DNA of 64,000 nt, from positions 62,772-126,771 of the forward strand of contig CAWANG010000035.1 of NCBI GenBank assembly GCA_963783175.1, in the 5' to 3' direction. Below are positions 19,432 through 30,728 of this stretch, one piece after another; position 1 is the first letter of the stretch, and each line of letters starts with the position of its first letter. This DNA comes from an uncultured Alphaproteobacteria bacterium (GTDB lineage: Bacteria > Pseudomonadota > Alphaproteobacteria > Rhizobiales > Beijerinckiaceae). The notes under the pieces are model-generated. The model saw only the letters and a list, made by a program, of their open reading frames with translations, was not told where the DNA came from and searched no databases. The translations under genes and the position numbers were made by a program.

Positions 19432-20751
19432 ATGCCTAGCCCAGCATCGATTGCATGGCGTCGTTCGATCCTGGCCGGCGACGACGAAATCTGGATCGTA
19501 ATGACGAATTCGGCGGGTTCGATAATGAGCTATTGGGTCGAAGTTCCCGATCCAGTGGCTTCTCCCCAGCCGTGGAGTGTCCAACAGATTGCAGGACCTG
19601 GATCTGCGAACGTCCCGACGGCCGCCGGTTACGCGCCTGCCATCGCATTCGACCCATTCCCATCGGCGAGGGGGGGCCGAAGGGCGCACGTCGCCGCGGA
19701 TGGACCTAACGGCGTTGTTTACTACCTCACTTACGACAGGCTTGGGGGGCAATGGTACAGTCGAGATGTCTCTGGCGCGACGGGTTCAGTAGTAGGCATG
19801 ACGGTAATGCCAGACGACTACGTGTACATGCTCACGGTCTCGTCCGGCGAAGAGCTGATTGGCTGGTTGGGGGGCTATCTAGACTTTCCGTTCGTCCAGG
19901 TGCCGATTCCCGCGGCCGGCACAACGAACGCTGCGCCGGCTGTCGTCGCCGCCATGGCGGTTCGTTCTGTGAACTCTTCGCAAATCGAGGTGCACGTGGT
20001 CGCCGTACAGCAACCCGGAGCGAACGCGCCGAACATGGACAATGTGCTGATGTATTTCTGGTCAACCTATACTGCGGGATCCTCAGGTGCGGCTGGATCC
20101 TTCGGGCCATGGCAGTCGAACCAGATCTCTATGCCATCTATAGCGGGAACTACTACTGTATATCCAAGCTGGCCAGTATCGATAGCGCTCAGTCTGAACC
20201 CGAACGGCGAGATCATCGTCACTGCACCGGTCGAGACGAAATCTGGCCCATTGAATAAGAGCTATTTGTACTATTTTGTGGCGAATACTCCGGGTTCCAC
20301 ATGGAGGTCCGTAGAGATCAAGGGGCCATCCGGAGGGGGACTCGAAATGTCATCGGGCGGAGTTGCTGTCGATGGCAATGGCACAGCCCACTCTCTCGTA
20401 GTAAGTTCCTTCACCGGGCCGACGGCGCCCGGGGACAGTCAATTTAATCAGCCGTCGCTCACCGATTTCACGCTCGCGCAAGGATCTACAATTGTTGGCA
20501 ATATTCCAGTTGACAACTACCAAGGCGGCTATACGACCGATCCTCTTGATTGGGATGACCTCGCCTGGTCTGGTAACACCTATAGCCTCGGCGGACCAAA
20601 GTTTCCTTATTCGTTAGATATAGTCCCCGGGATGACTGCGCGCGCGAGCGGCGAAGTTGACGTTGCGTTCTGGAACTTCCCCTTCGCCTCAATAGGCTTC
20701 TTTAGCCTTCCTCTTGGAAGCAACCAATGGAACTATACCAAGGTTGGCTAA
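19432..20751 (+). CDS. Orphan hypothetical protein, putative beta-propeller
   Basis: RBS GGGGAGGAG; repeated beta-strand blocks ending in W motifs (QPWSVQQI, GQWYSRDV, GPWQSNQI, STWRSVEI, NQWNYTKV); more A/T-ending codons than flanking genes. Confidence 0.75.
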   Translation: MPSPASIAWRRSILAGDDEIWIVMTNSAGSIMSYWVEVPDPVASPQPWSVQQIAGPGSANVPTAAGYAPAIAFDPFPSARGGRRAHVAADGPNGVVYYLTYDRLGGQWYSRDVSGATGSVVGMTVMPDDYVYMLTVSSGEELIGWLGGYLDFPFVQVPIPAAGTTNAAPAVVAAMAVRSVNSSQIEVHVVAVQQPGANAPNMDNVLMYFWSTYTAGSSGAAGSFGPWQSNQISMPSIAGTTTVYPSWPVSIALSLNPNGEIIVTAPVETKSGPLNKSYLYYFVANTPGSTWRSVEIKGPSGGGLEMSSGGVAVDGNGTAHSLVVSSFTGPTAPGDSQFNQPSLTDFTLAQGSTIVGNIPVDNYQGGYTTDPLDWDDLAWSGNTYSLGGPKFPYSLDIVPGMTARASGEVDVAFWNFPFASIGFFSLPLGSNQWNYTKVG

Positions 20752-20803
20752 ACCTGAGGAATATTCCAAGATAGCCGGCGACACCCCGCCGGGAGCTTGC
20801 TTT

Positions 20804-20854
20804 GGCGACGAAGCGATCGAAACTCTGGATTGCTTCGCTTCGCTCGCAATGACG
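20804..20854. repeat. REP-like element (GCGACGAAGC...TGGATTGCTTCGCTTCGCTCGCAATGACG type)
   Basis: tggattgcttcgcttcgctcgcaatgac at 20826-20853 preceded by partial left arm ggcgacgaagcgatc. Confidence 0.8.
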
Positions 20855-20881
20855 GGGCCCGCGCCGTCGAACGAAGGCCAC

Positions 20882-22376
<1,495 letters not shown>

Positions 22377-22399
22377 CGGTTTCTCCTCATGATCATCGC

Positions 22400-23677
22400 T
22401 CAGTACGTTTCCAGATGCAGCCGGCCGTCGCGCTTGAGCGCCGGCCCGTGCGTCTCCCAATCGAACCCCGCCTTGTTGGCGATGTCGCGCAGCGCCGAAA
22501 CCACGCCTTCCTCCATTGCCCTGAGGCCGCAGACGTAGAAATAGGCGTCCGGGTCGGCGATGAGGGGCGCGAGATCGGCCGCCCGCTCGCGCATCGCGTC
22601 CTGCACATAACGCTTTGGCTCGCCCTGCGTGCGGCTGAAGGCGAAGTTGATGTCGATGAAGTCCCTCGGCAGATTCAAGAGCGGGCCGAAATAGGGCAGC
22701 TCCTCCTTTGTGCGGGCGCCGAAGAACAGCATCAGCTTGCCGCCTTCGAACTTGCCGGACTTGCGCAAGCGGCGCCGCCACTCGGTCATCGCCCGCATCG
22801 GCGCGCTGCCGGTGCCGGTGCAGATCATCACGATCGCGCTCTTCGGGTGGTTGGGCATAAGGAAGCTCACGCCGAACGGTCCGGTCGCCTCGACCGTGTC
22901 GCCGACGGCGAGGTCGCAGAGATAGTTGCTGGCGACGCCGCGGACGGGACGGCCCTGGTGATCCTCGAGCACTCGCTTCACCGTGAGGGAGACATTGTTA
23001 TAGCCCGGCCGCTCGCCGTTGCGCGGGCTCGCGACCGAATACTGGCGCGGATGGTGCGGCCGCCCGTCTGCATCCGTTCCCGGAGGAACGACGCCGATCG
23101 ACTGGCCCTCCAGCACCGGGAAGGTCATCGCCCCGAAATCGAGCACGATGTGATGGGTGTCGTAGTCCTTGCCGACGTCCGTCACCCGCACGTTGCCGAC
23201 GACCGTGGCGGGCACCGATCTCGCCGCCGCCTTGGGCCCATAGAGATTGGCGATCGCGCGCTCGGCCGACCAGGGCGGGGTCACGGCGGCGTAGGCGCTG
23301 ACGTCGAACGCCGCCTTGCCTGCAGTGTCGGGCAAGACTGGGGGCGCCGGCGCGTCGGCAAAGGAAGCGTCGGCCGCGCCGCCAGCGAGAGCAAGCTCGT
23401 CGGCGCTCAGCTCCGCCGGCAGGACGTCCCAGCCGAACTGCGCCTCGACGCTATAGGCGCGCGAGCGCGGCATCGCCCGCCAATTGTCGATGCTGCCGGT
23501 CGGACAGGGCGGGACGCAGGCCATGCAGAGATTGCAGATGTTCGCGTCGACCACATAGTTGCGCGCGTCGTGCGAGATCGCGCCGACCGGGCAGGTCGAT
23601 TTGCAGGTGTTGCAGCGGATGCAGATTTCGGGGTCGATCAGGTGCTGCCTGATGAGCCCGCCTGCAGACTGGTCCAT
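22400..23677 (-). CDS. boxA: Benzoyl-CoA 2,3-epoxidase reductase subunit A
   Basis: QHLIDPEICIRCNTC two-cluster ferredoxin domain plus FNR domain (RQYSVAS, CTGTGSAPMR, FYVCGL, LETY). Confidence 0.93.
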   Translation of the reverse strand: MDQSAGGLIRQHLIDPEICIRCNTCKSTCPVGAISHDARNYVVDANICNLCMACVPPCPTGSIDNWRAMPRSRAYSVEAQFGWDVLPAELSADELALAGGAADASFADAPAPPVLPDTAGKAAFDVSAYAAVTPPWSAERAIANLYGPKAAARSVPATVVGNVRVTDVGKDYDTHHIVLDFGAMTFPVLEGQSIGVVPPGTDADGRPHHPRQYSVASPRNGERPGYNNVSLTVKRVLEDHQGRPVRGVASNYLCDLAVGDTVEATGPFGVSFLMPNHPKSAIVMICTGTGSAPMRAMTEWRRRLRKSGKFEGGKLMLFFGARTKEELPYFGPLLNLPRDFIDINFAFSRTQGEPKRYVQDAMRERAADLAPLIADPDAYFYVCGLRAMEEGVVSALRDIANKAGFDWETHGPALKRDGRLHLETY

Positions 23678-23685
23678 CGCGCCCA

Positions 23686-25356
23686 CTAGACCCGGCTCCA
23701 GTCGAAGGCGGCTTTTTCGCCCTTGCCGTAGACCTTGAGCGCGCCCTTGTCGCCGACCGCGTTGGGGCGCTGGAAGATCCAGTTCTGCCAGGCGGTGAGG
23801 CGGCCGAAGACGCGGGTCGCCAATGTCTCGGGGCCGTCGAAGCGCAGATTCGCTTCGAGCGCGGTCAAGGCGTCAGGGCTCATCGAAGCGCGCTCTTCGA
23901 CCGCGATGCGGATCTCGTCCGCCCAGTCGATGTCGTCGGGAATGCTGGTGGCGAGGCCGAGGGCGAACGCCGCCGGGGCGTCGAGCGGCTGGCCGATGCT
24001 GGCTTTGAGCGCCTCGAGCGCCGGCTTTTCGTCGTAGAAGCGGCGCCCGAGACGGCTCTGGCCGCTCGCCATCGGATAATCGCCGAAATTCGCTTCGCTG
24101 AGCGCGATCCTCGGCGCCCGCGCTTCGCCGCCCGGCAGCGCCAGGTGGTAGATGCGATCGCAGGCGAGCGCGAGCTCGAAGAGCGTCCCCGCGAAGCACG
24201 AGCCCTCCTCGACCAGCGCGAACAGGCTGCGCGAGGTGACGTCGAGGCGGCTCATGGTGCGGCGCAGATAGCCGACGGTTTCGCGCACGAGCCAATGCCC
24301 TTTGAGCGCGCCGAGCGTCGCGTCCATCGCCAGTGCAGCCTTGACATCGCCTTCGGTCTTGATCAGCCAGACCCCGATATCGAGCTCGTTGGTGCGCATG
24401 GAGAGGATCGCATCCTCGAGCTCGCGGGCGAGCGCCAGCGGATACCAGGCCGCGCCTTGAGCCTCGATCGCCGCGATGTCCTGCGGCTGAGGGCCGTTAG
24501 GCCCATGAATGGTGAATGTCGCGGCGCGCGCTCCGCGGTCGATCGTCACCGTCACATGCGAATAGCGCAAGGCGTCGGCTTCGATTGCGCGCTCGATCGG
24601 GGTCAGCGCGACGCCCTTGGCGGACGGGGGGCGGTCGCTGGTTGCGGCAAGCGCCAATGCGCGCTCGCGAACCGCGGCGGCGAACTGCGCCGGCTTGGCG
24701 ACCGCGTCGACGAGGCGCCAGGCCAGCGCCTTTTCGCCGCGCACGCCTTCGCTCGTGGTGCAGAAGACATCCGCCAGATCGTGGCGGACATGGCGCTTGT
24801 CGGTGAGCCGCGTCAGGCCGCCGGTGCCGGGCAGGACGCCGAGCAACGGCACCTCTGGGAGGCTGACCGCGCTCGAGCGATCGTCGATGAGGATGATCTC
24901 GTCGCACGCGAGCGCCAGCTCGTAGCCGCCGCCGGCGCACGAGCCGTTGACGGCGGCGAGAAACCTGAGCCGCTCATGCTTCGACGAGTCTTCGAGGCCG
25001 TTGCGGGTCTCGTTGGTGAATTTGCAGAAGTTGACCTTCCACGCGTGGCCGGAGAGGCCGAGCATGAAGATATTGGCCCCCGAGCAGAACACCCGCTCGC
25101 GGGCGCTGGCGATGACCACCGCGCGCACCGCGGGATGCTCAAAGCGGATGCGGTTGACGGCGTCGGCGAGCTCGATATCGACGCCGAGATCGTAGCTGTT
25201 GAGCTTGAGCTTATAGCCGGGACGCAAGCCGGCGTTCTCGTCGAAATCGGCGAGGAGCGTCGCGACCGGCCCGTCGAATTTGAGCTTCCAGTGCTTGTAG
25301 CGCGACGGCGCGGTTTGATAGTCGACCCGGTCCATTGCGATCCCGTTGATAGGCAT
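23686..25356 (-). CDS. boxC: 2,3-epoxybenzoyl-CoA dihydrolase
   Basis: YKLKLNSYDLGVDIEL, KVNFCKFTNETRN, LPEVPLLGVLPGTGG, RLTAWQNWIFQRPNA; alternative start 25335. Confidence 0.95.
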   Translation of the reverse strand: MPINGIAMDRVDYQTAPSRYKHWKLKFDGPVATLLADFDENAGLRPGYKLKLNSYDLGVDIELADAVNRIRFEHPAVRAVVIASARERVFCSGANIFMLGLSGHAWKVNFCKFTNETRNGLEDSSKHERLRFLAAVNGSCAGGGYELALACDEIILIDDRSSAVSLPEVPLLGVLPGTGGLTRLTDKRHVRHDLADVFCTTSEGVRGEKALAWRLVDAVAKPAQFAAAVRERALALAATSDRPPSAKGVALTPIERAIEADALRYSHVTVTIDRGARAATFTIHGPNGPQPQDIAAIEAQGAAWYPLALARELEDAILSMRTNELDIGVWLIKTEGDVKAALAMDATLGALKGHWLVRETVGYLRRTMSRLDVTSRSLFALVEEGSCFAGTLFELALACDRIYHLALPGGEARAPRIALSEANFGDYPMASGQSRLGRRFYDEKPALEALKASIGQPLDAPAAFALGLATSIPDDIDWADEIRIAVEERASMSPDALTALEANLRFDGPETLATRVFGRLTAWQNWIFQRPNAVGDKGALKVYGKGEKAAFDWSRV

Positions 25357-25361
25357 TTTAA

Positions 25362-25384
25362 TGCAGGCAATGCACCATAGTGCA
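25362..25384. promoter_or_regulatory. Putative BzdR/BoxR operator (TGCA repeats) upstream of boxC
   Basis: TGCA at 25362, 25371 and 25381, including TGCA-CCATAG-TGCA. Confidence 0.55.
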
Positions 25385-25424
25385 CTCCAGGTTGGCGGGC
25401 AAGCCGCTCAGACAGTTTTGCGCA

Positions 25425-26396
25425 TCACGTTTGAGGCAGGCCGATCGCCTCCCGCACCTGCGCCCGCACGATCTCAAAGGTTTCCATCAGCGGCTGTGCG
25501 CTGGTGTCGATGTGCATGTCCGCCTTCGAATAGAAGGCCGCCCGGCCGGCGAGGATGGTCTTGAGATCCTCCATCGCCTCGCGGCTCGCCGCCATGGGCC
25601 GGAGATCGCCCTGGGCGGCGACCCGGCTCATGTGGTCTTCAGGATCGGCCTTGAGCCAGACGCTGGTGCAGCGGCGCAACAGAAGGTTGAAGCTCACGAG
25701 GTCGCTGACCAGGCCGCCCGCAGTCGCGATGACCGCTTCGGGATAGGCGTCGATCGCCTCCTCGAGCGCGCGGCGCTCGTAACGACGGTAGGCGTTCTGG
25801 CCATAGAGCCCGAGAATCTCGCTGATGCTGCATCCGGCGAGCTTCTCGATCTCGCGACTGAGCTCGACGAACGGAAAGTCGAGATCTTCGGCCAGCATCC
25901 GGCCGAGGGTCGATTTGCCCGCGCCGCGCAGGCCGATGAGCGCGACCCGCGACGATCGGGCGGGCGCTTCGTTGCTGCGCGGCGGCTGAGCGCCGACGAG
26001 TTCGGAGGCCGCGAGGCGCACCCGGCGCAAAGTCGCCTCGTCGCGGTCCGAGAGCATTTCGCGCAGCATCAGCCATTCGGGCGAGCTTGTGGTGACGTCG
26101 CCCAGGACCTCCGCCAGCGAGCATTGCAGCGCCTGGGTCACGTTGAGGAGAATGAGAATCGAGGCGTTGCCGACGCCGTATTCGAGATTGGCCAAGTGCC
26201 GCTCGGACACGCCGGTCGCGCGGGCCAAAGCCTTGCGGGTGAGGCCGCGGCGCGCCCTGAGCGCCCTGACGCGCTCGCCGAGCGCGCCGAGGAACGGCTC
26301 CTTCCGCTCGTCCGCGGCGGCCGCGAGCGCGCCATCGTCGGTCGCGACGCGAGGCGCGACAGCTTCTGCCGGCGAGGACGCCAGTTCGTTTGACAA
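25425..26396 (-). CDS. XRE helix-turn-helix plus shikimate-kinase-like regulator (BzdR/BoxR family)
   Basis: RGLTRKALARATGVSERHLANLEYGVGN followed by ALIGLRGAGKSTLG; located in a benzoate cluster. Confidence 0.92.
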   Translation of the reverse strand: MSNELASSPAEAVAPRVATDDGALAAAADERKEPFLGALGERVRALRARRGLTRKALARATGVSERHLANLEYGVGNASILILLNVTQALQCSLAEVLGDVTTSSPEWLMLREMLSDRDEATLRRVRLAASELVGAQPPRSNEAPARSSRVALIGLRGAGKSTLGRMLAEDLDFPFVELSREIEKLAGCSISEILGLYGQNAYRRYERRALEEAIDAYPEAVIATAGGLVSDLVSFNLLLRRCTSVWLKADPEDHMSRVAAQGDLRPMAASREAMEDLKTILAGRAAFYSKADMHIDTSAQPLMETFEIVRAQVREAIGLPQT

Positions 26397-26402
26397 GATT
26401 CT

Positions 26403-26439
26403 TGCACGCCCCTAAGAGGACTTGAAGCACAATATTGCA
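26403..26439. promoter_or_regulatory. Putative BzdR/BoxR operator in the divergent regulator/ligase gap
   Basis: TGCA at 26403 and AGCA-CAATAT-TGCA at 26426-26439. Confidence 0.45.
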
Positions 26440-26498
26440 TCAAACCGAGGCAGGCAAGCCTTGGCGCGGGCCACGGACGGGACCTCGAGGAGACGCCG

Positions 26499-28079
26499 AT
26501 GAGCATGTGCGCCGTTGAGCATCCGCCCGAGGCGTTCAACTTCGCTGCTCATCTCCTGGCCGCCAATGCCGGGCGGCCGGGCAAGAGGGCCTTCATCGAC
26601 GACGCCGGCGCGGTGACTTACGGGGAACTCGACAAGCGCGCCCGGCGGTTCGCCGCAGCCTTGAAGGAGCGCGGCGTCAAGCGCGAGGAGCGCGTGCTCA
26701 TCCTCATGCAGGACGGCGCCGACTGGCCGGTCGCCTTCTTGGGCGCAATGCTGGCGGGCGCCGTTCCGGTCGCGGTCAACACCCTGCTCACCGCCGACGA
26801 TCTCGCCTATATGCTCGAGCATTCGCGCGCCCAGGCCGCCTTCGTCAGCGGCGCGGTGAAGCCGGCGTTGAAGGCTGCGCTGACGAAGTCGGACCACGAG
26901 GTCCACACCGTCGTCGTATCACAGTCCCTGACGCCGCCGGACTTCGGCGACGTCGCGTTCGAGGACTTCCTCGCCCTCGCGGCGCCGCTGACGAAGCCCG
27001 CCCGCACCCATGCCGACGATCCCGCCTTCTGGCTCTATTCGTCCGGCTCGACGGGCCGGCCGAAGGGGACGGTGCATTCGCACGCGAATCCGTACTGGAC
27101 GACCGAGCTCTACGGCAAGGCGATCCTGGGCTTAAAGGAAAGCGACGTCTGCTTCTCGGCCGCGAAGCTCTTCTTCGCTTACGGGCTCGGCAATGCGCTG
27201 ACCTTTCCGCTGGCCGTCGGCGCGACCACGCTGCTCATGGCCGAGCGGCCGACGCCGGAGGCGGTGTTCAAGCGCTGGCTGGGCGGCGTCGGCGGTGTCA
27301 AGCCGACGGTCTTCTACGGCGCGCCGACCCTCTACGCCGGGATGCTCGCTTCGAACCTGCTGCCCAAGCGCGAGGACGTCGCGCTGAGGCTCGCATCGTC
27401 CGCCGGCGAAGCGCTGCCGGCCGAGATCGGCGAACGCTTCAAGCGCCATTTCGGCGTCGACATCGTCGACGGCATCGGCTCGACCGAGATGCTGCACATC
27501 TTCATCTCCAACCGCCCGGACAAGGTGCGCTACGGCTCGACCGGCTGGCCGGTGCCGGGCTACGACATCGAATTGCGCGGCGAGGACGGGCGAGCCGCGG
27601 CGGACGGCGAGCCTGGCGACCTCTTCATCCAGGGGCCGTCGGCGGCGCTGATGTACTGGGGCGCCCGCGCCAAGACCCGCGACACCTTCCAGGGCGGCTG
27701 GACCAAGAGCGGCGACAAGTACATCCGCAACGCCGACGGGTCGTTCACTTACGCTGGCCGCTCGGACGACATGCTGAAAGTCGGCGGCGTCTGGGTGAGC
27801 CCGTTCGAGGTCGAGGCGACGCTGGTGCAGCATCCCTCGGTCCTCGAAGCGGCGGTGATCGGCGCGCCCGACGCTGACGGCCTCGTCAAGACCAAGGCCT
27901 ACGTCGTGCTGAAGGACGGCGCCTCGGTGGACGAGGGCGAGCTCCAGCGCTTCGTCAAGGACCGTCTCGCCCCCTACAAATACCCGCGCGCCATCGCCTT
28001 CGTCGCCGACCTGCCCAAGACCGCAACCGGCAAGATCCAGCGTTTCCGCCTGCGCGAGCAGGAGGCGGCCGGGGGGTGA
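26499..28079 (+). CDS. Benzoate-CoA ligase
   Basis: WLYSSGSTGRPKGTVH, DGIGSTEMLHIF, TATGKIQRF; divergent from the regulator and box genes. Confidence 0.92.
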   Translation: MSMCAVEHPPEAFNFAAHLLAANAGRPGKRAFIDDAGAVTYGELDKRARRFAAALKERGVKREERVLILMQDGADWPVAFLGAMLAGAVPVAVNTLLTADDLAYMLEHSRAQAAFVSGAVKPALKAALTKSDHEVHTVVVSQSLTPPDFGDVAFEDFLALAAPLTKPARTHADDPAFWLYSSGSTGRPKGTVHSHANPYWTTELYGKAILGLKESDVCFSAAKLFFAYGLGNALTFPLAVGATTLLMAERPTPEAVFKRWLGGVGGVKPTVFYGAPTLYAGMLASNLLPKREDVALRLASSAGEALPAEIGERFKRHFGVDIVDGIGSTEMLHIFISNRPDKVRYGSTGWPVPGYDIELRGEDGRAAADGEPGDLFIQGPSAALMYWGARAKTRDTFQGGWTKSGDKYIRNADGSFTYAGRSDDMLKVGGVWVSPFEVEATLVQHPSVLEAAVIGAPDADGLVKTKAYVVLKDGASVDEGELQRFVKDRLAPYKYPRAIAFVADLPKTATGKIQRFRLREQEAAGG

Positions 28080-28234
28080 CGCCTTGCCGCACCCGGCTTA
28101 CCTCACAGGGCGTCAGGCCGGCATGCTAAACGCTGTCATTACCGACGGTTCAAAGGTCTGACCCGGAATGACAGCGAGGCGAAGCGACAAACGGGCTTTC
28201 GTCGGGCCTCGCCGTTCGGGAGCGCTCGCTGCGG

Positions 28235-29095
28235 ATGAAAATTGCCGATTTCGTCGTCGCCAAGCGGCCGAAGCTCAGCGTCATCGAGCGCTTCCCGCAT
28301 GTCGACTTCTCCGATTACGAGCACGGGCTCACGACCGTGCAGGAGACGCTGCAGCGGGTGCAGCAGGCCTATCTCGGCACGCCGCAGCGCGCCGTCATCG
28401 TGCTCGAAGGCTGGGACACGGCGGGCAAGGGCGGCGTGGTCAGGCGGCTCGGCTGGGCGCTCGATCCGCGCAGCTTCAAGGTCCACACCATCGCCGCCCC
28501 CGAGGAGCGGGAGAAATCGCTTCACTATCTCCAACGTTTCTGGGAGCGCCTGCCGCGGCACGGCCAGATCGTCGCCTTCGACCGGTCGTGGTACGGGAGG
28601 GTGCTGGTCGAGCGGGTCGAGGGCTTCGCCACGCCAACCGAATGGCGGCGCGCCTACGAGGAGATCAACGAGTTCGAACGCATGCTCATCACCGACGGGG
28701 TCAGACTGGTGAAGCTCTTCCTCCACATCACGCCCGACGAGCAGATGCGCCGGTTCCGCAACCGGCTCGCCAATCCGCTCAAGCGCTGGAAGCTCTCTTA
28801 TGAGGATTTCCGCAACCGCGGTCGCTGGAAGGAGTACGAGACGGCGATCGAGGATATGATGGAAAAGACCTCCACCCGCCGGGCGCCCTGGCACTTGATC
28901 CCCGCCAACGACAAGCCCTATGGCCGCCTCGCGGCGCTGCGGGTCATCGCCGAGCGCCTCAGCAAGGACGTCTCGCTCGAGCCGCGCCCGCTCGACCCCA
29001 AGATCGTCGACGCCGCCGAGAGCCTGCTCGGCCTCCGCCTGGGCCCGCCGCTGGCGAACGGCCGCCGGTCGGCGCAATCGCCGACCGAGGCGTGA
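28235..29095 (+). CDS. ppk2: Polyphosphate kinase 2 family protein
   Basis: LEGWDTAGKGG, FDRSWYGRVLVERV, KRWKLSYED. Confidence 0.9.
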   Translation: MKIADFVVAKRPKLSVIERFPHVDFSDYEHGLTTVQETLQRVQQAYLGTPQRAVIVLEGWDTAGKGGVVRRLGWALDPRSFKVHTIAAPEEREKSLHYLQRFWERLPRHGQIVAFDRSWYGRVLVERVEGFATPTEWRRAYEEINEFERMLITDGVRLVKLFLHITPDEQMRRFRNRLANPLKRWKLSYEDFRNRGRWKEYETAIEDMMEKTSTRRAPWHLIPANDKPYGRLAALRVIAERLSKDVSLEPRPLDPKIVDAAESLLGLRLGPPLANGRRSAQSPTEA

Positions 29096-29140
29096 AGTCG
29101 GCGCATTGACCCCGTCCCGCGCCCATGCCTCAATCGGCGC

Positions 29141-30055
29141 ATGTCGCCCGCGCTCATCGCCATCGACTGGGGATCGTCGAGCTTTCGCGCCTATCTCATG
29201 TCGCCGGACGGCGAGGTTCTCGAAGAGGTCGCGTCGGCCGACGGGATCGCGAGCATAGCGGCCGGGGAATATCCGGCGACGCTGAGGCGCCTCGTCGGGC
29301 GCTGGCTTGACGCCAACCGTTCCTTGCCGGCGATCGCGTCGGGCATGGTCGGCAGCCGGCATGGCTGGCGCGAGGCGCCCTATGTCCCCTGCCCGGCCGG
29401 CCCGCGCGACATCGCGGCGCGCCTGACGGCGGTCGAGGCCGACGGCCGGCGCGTCGTCCTCGCTCCGGGCCTGTCATACGCGGACGAGGCGAGCGTCGAT
29501 GTGATGCGGGGAGAAGAGACGGAAATTTTCGGTGTCGCCGAATCCGGCGCCCGACTCATCGTGCTGCCAGGCTCGCATTCGAAATGGGCCAGGATCGAGG
29601 GCGAGCGCGTCGTCGCGTTCAAGACCTTCATCACCGGCGAATTGTTCGCGAGCCTGCGCGACCACACCATCGCCGGCGCCTTCGCGCGGGCGGCGCCGGC
29701 GAAGGCGCCCGGTTCGGCGTTCTCGCTCGGCGCGGAGCGCGGCGCGGCTGCGGCGGGCGGCAAGACGAAGTCCGGACTTCTGGGCCTCCTGTTCGGCGCG
29801 CGCGCGCTGCCCCTAATGGGCAAGCTTGAGCCCGACGATTCCGGCGAATATCTCTCCGGCCTCCTGATCGGGGCGGAGATCGGCGAGGCGCGCCGGCTTT
29901 ATCCGGGTGAAGAGCCGCATGTCGCGGGGGCCGAGGCGCTGGTGAAGCGCTATCTCAAGGCATTCGACGCCCTGGGGTTCTGCGCTCATGCAGCGCCGCC
30001 GCGCGCTGCGGCGCGCGGGCTTTTTCGCATCGCCCGCGACGGTGGGCTCCTTTGA
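29141..30055 (+). CDS. dgoK: 2-dehydro-3-deoxygalactonokinase
   Basis: IDWGSSSFRAY, GMVGSRHGWREAPY, DVMRGEET, PGSHSKW, TGELF. Confidence 0.9.
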   Translation: MSPALIAIDWGSSSFRAYLMSPDGEVLEEVASADGIASIAAGEYPATLRRLVGRWLDANRSLPAIASGMVGSRHGWREAPYVPCPAGPRDIAARLTAVEADGRRVVLAPGLSYADEASVDVMRGEETEIFGVAESGARLIVLPGSHSKWARIEGERVVAFKTFITGELFASLRDHTIAGAFARAAPAKAPGSAFSLGAERGAAAAGGKTKSGLLGLLFGARALPLMGKLEPDDSGEYLSGLLIGAEIGEARRLYPGEEPHVAGAEALVKRYLKAFDALGFCAHAAPPRAAARGLFRIARDGGLL

Positions 30056-30670
30056 CGCTCGAGCTCGCGCCGACGCCGCTGGTCGCGATCCTGCGCGGGG
30101 TCAAGCCGGACGAAGCCGAGACGATCGCCGCGGCCATTGTCGAGGCCGGCTTCGGCGCGATCGAGGTTCCGCTCAACTCGCCCGAGCCGCTCGCCAGCAT
30201 CGCCAAGAATCGCACGCCGGTTCGGCGACCGCGCGCTCATCGGCGCCGGCACGGTGCTCGAGCCGCGCGAGGTCGATGACGTGGCCGAGGCCGGCGCGAG
30301 GCTGGTGGTCGCGCCCAACGCCGATCGCACGGTGATCGAGCGGGCGGCGAAGCTTGGGCTCATGGCGCTGCCGGGCGTCGCCACCGTCACCGAGGCGTTC
30401 GAGGCCCTGAAGGCGGGCGCGTCGGGGCTGAAGCTGTTTCCGGGCGAGGCGATCGGCCCCGAGGTCGTCCGGGCATGGCGCTCGGTGCTGGCGAAAGAGA
30501 CGCAGCTCTATCCTGTCGGCGGCGTCACGCCCGAGCGCATCGGCCCGTACCGGCGCGCGGGAGCTAACGGGTTCGGCATCGGCTCGGCGCTTTATAAGCC
30601 CGGCGCCAGCATCGAATCGGTCGCCCGCGCCGCGCGGGCGTTCGTGAAGGCGTGGAACGACGCGGGCTAA
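30052..30670 (+). CDS. dgoA: 2-dehydro-3-deoxy-6-phosphogalactonate aldolase; +1 frameshift near 30208 (probable sequence error)
   Basis: PLVAILRGV, IEVPLNSP, then IGAGTVL and LKLFPGE in the next frame; removing one A from AAGAATC restores KIARRFG. Confidence 0.88.
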
Positions 30671-30693
30671 ACCGTTATCAGATCGCGCGGGGA

Positions 30694-30728
30694 CGTCATT
30701 GTGAGGAGCGGGCGACGAAGCCATCCAG
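30694..30728. repeat. Left arm of the GTCATTGCG-type REP
   Basis: cgtcattgtgaggagcgggcgacgaagccatccag, same family as 20804-20854. Confidence 0.65.
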
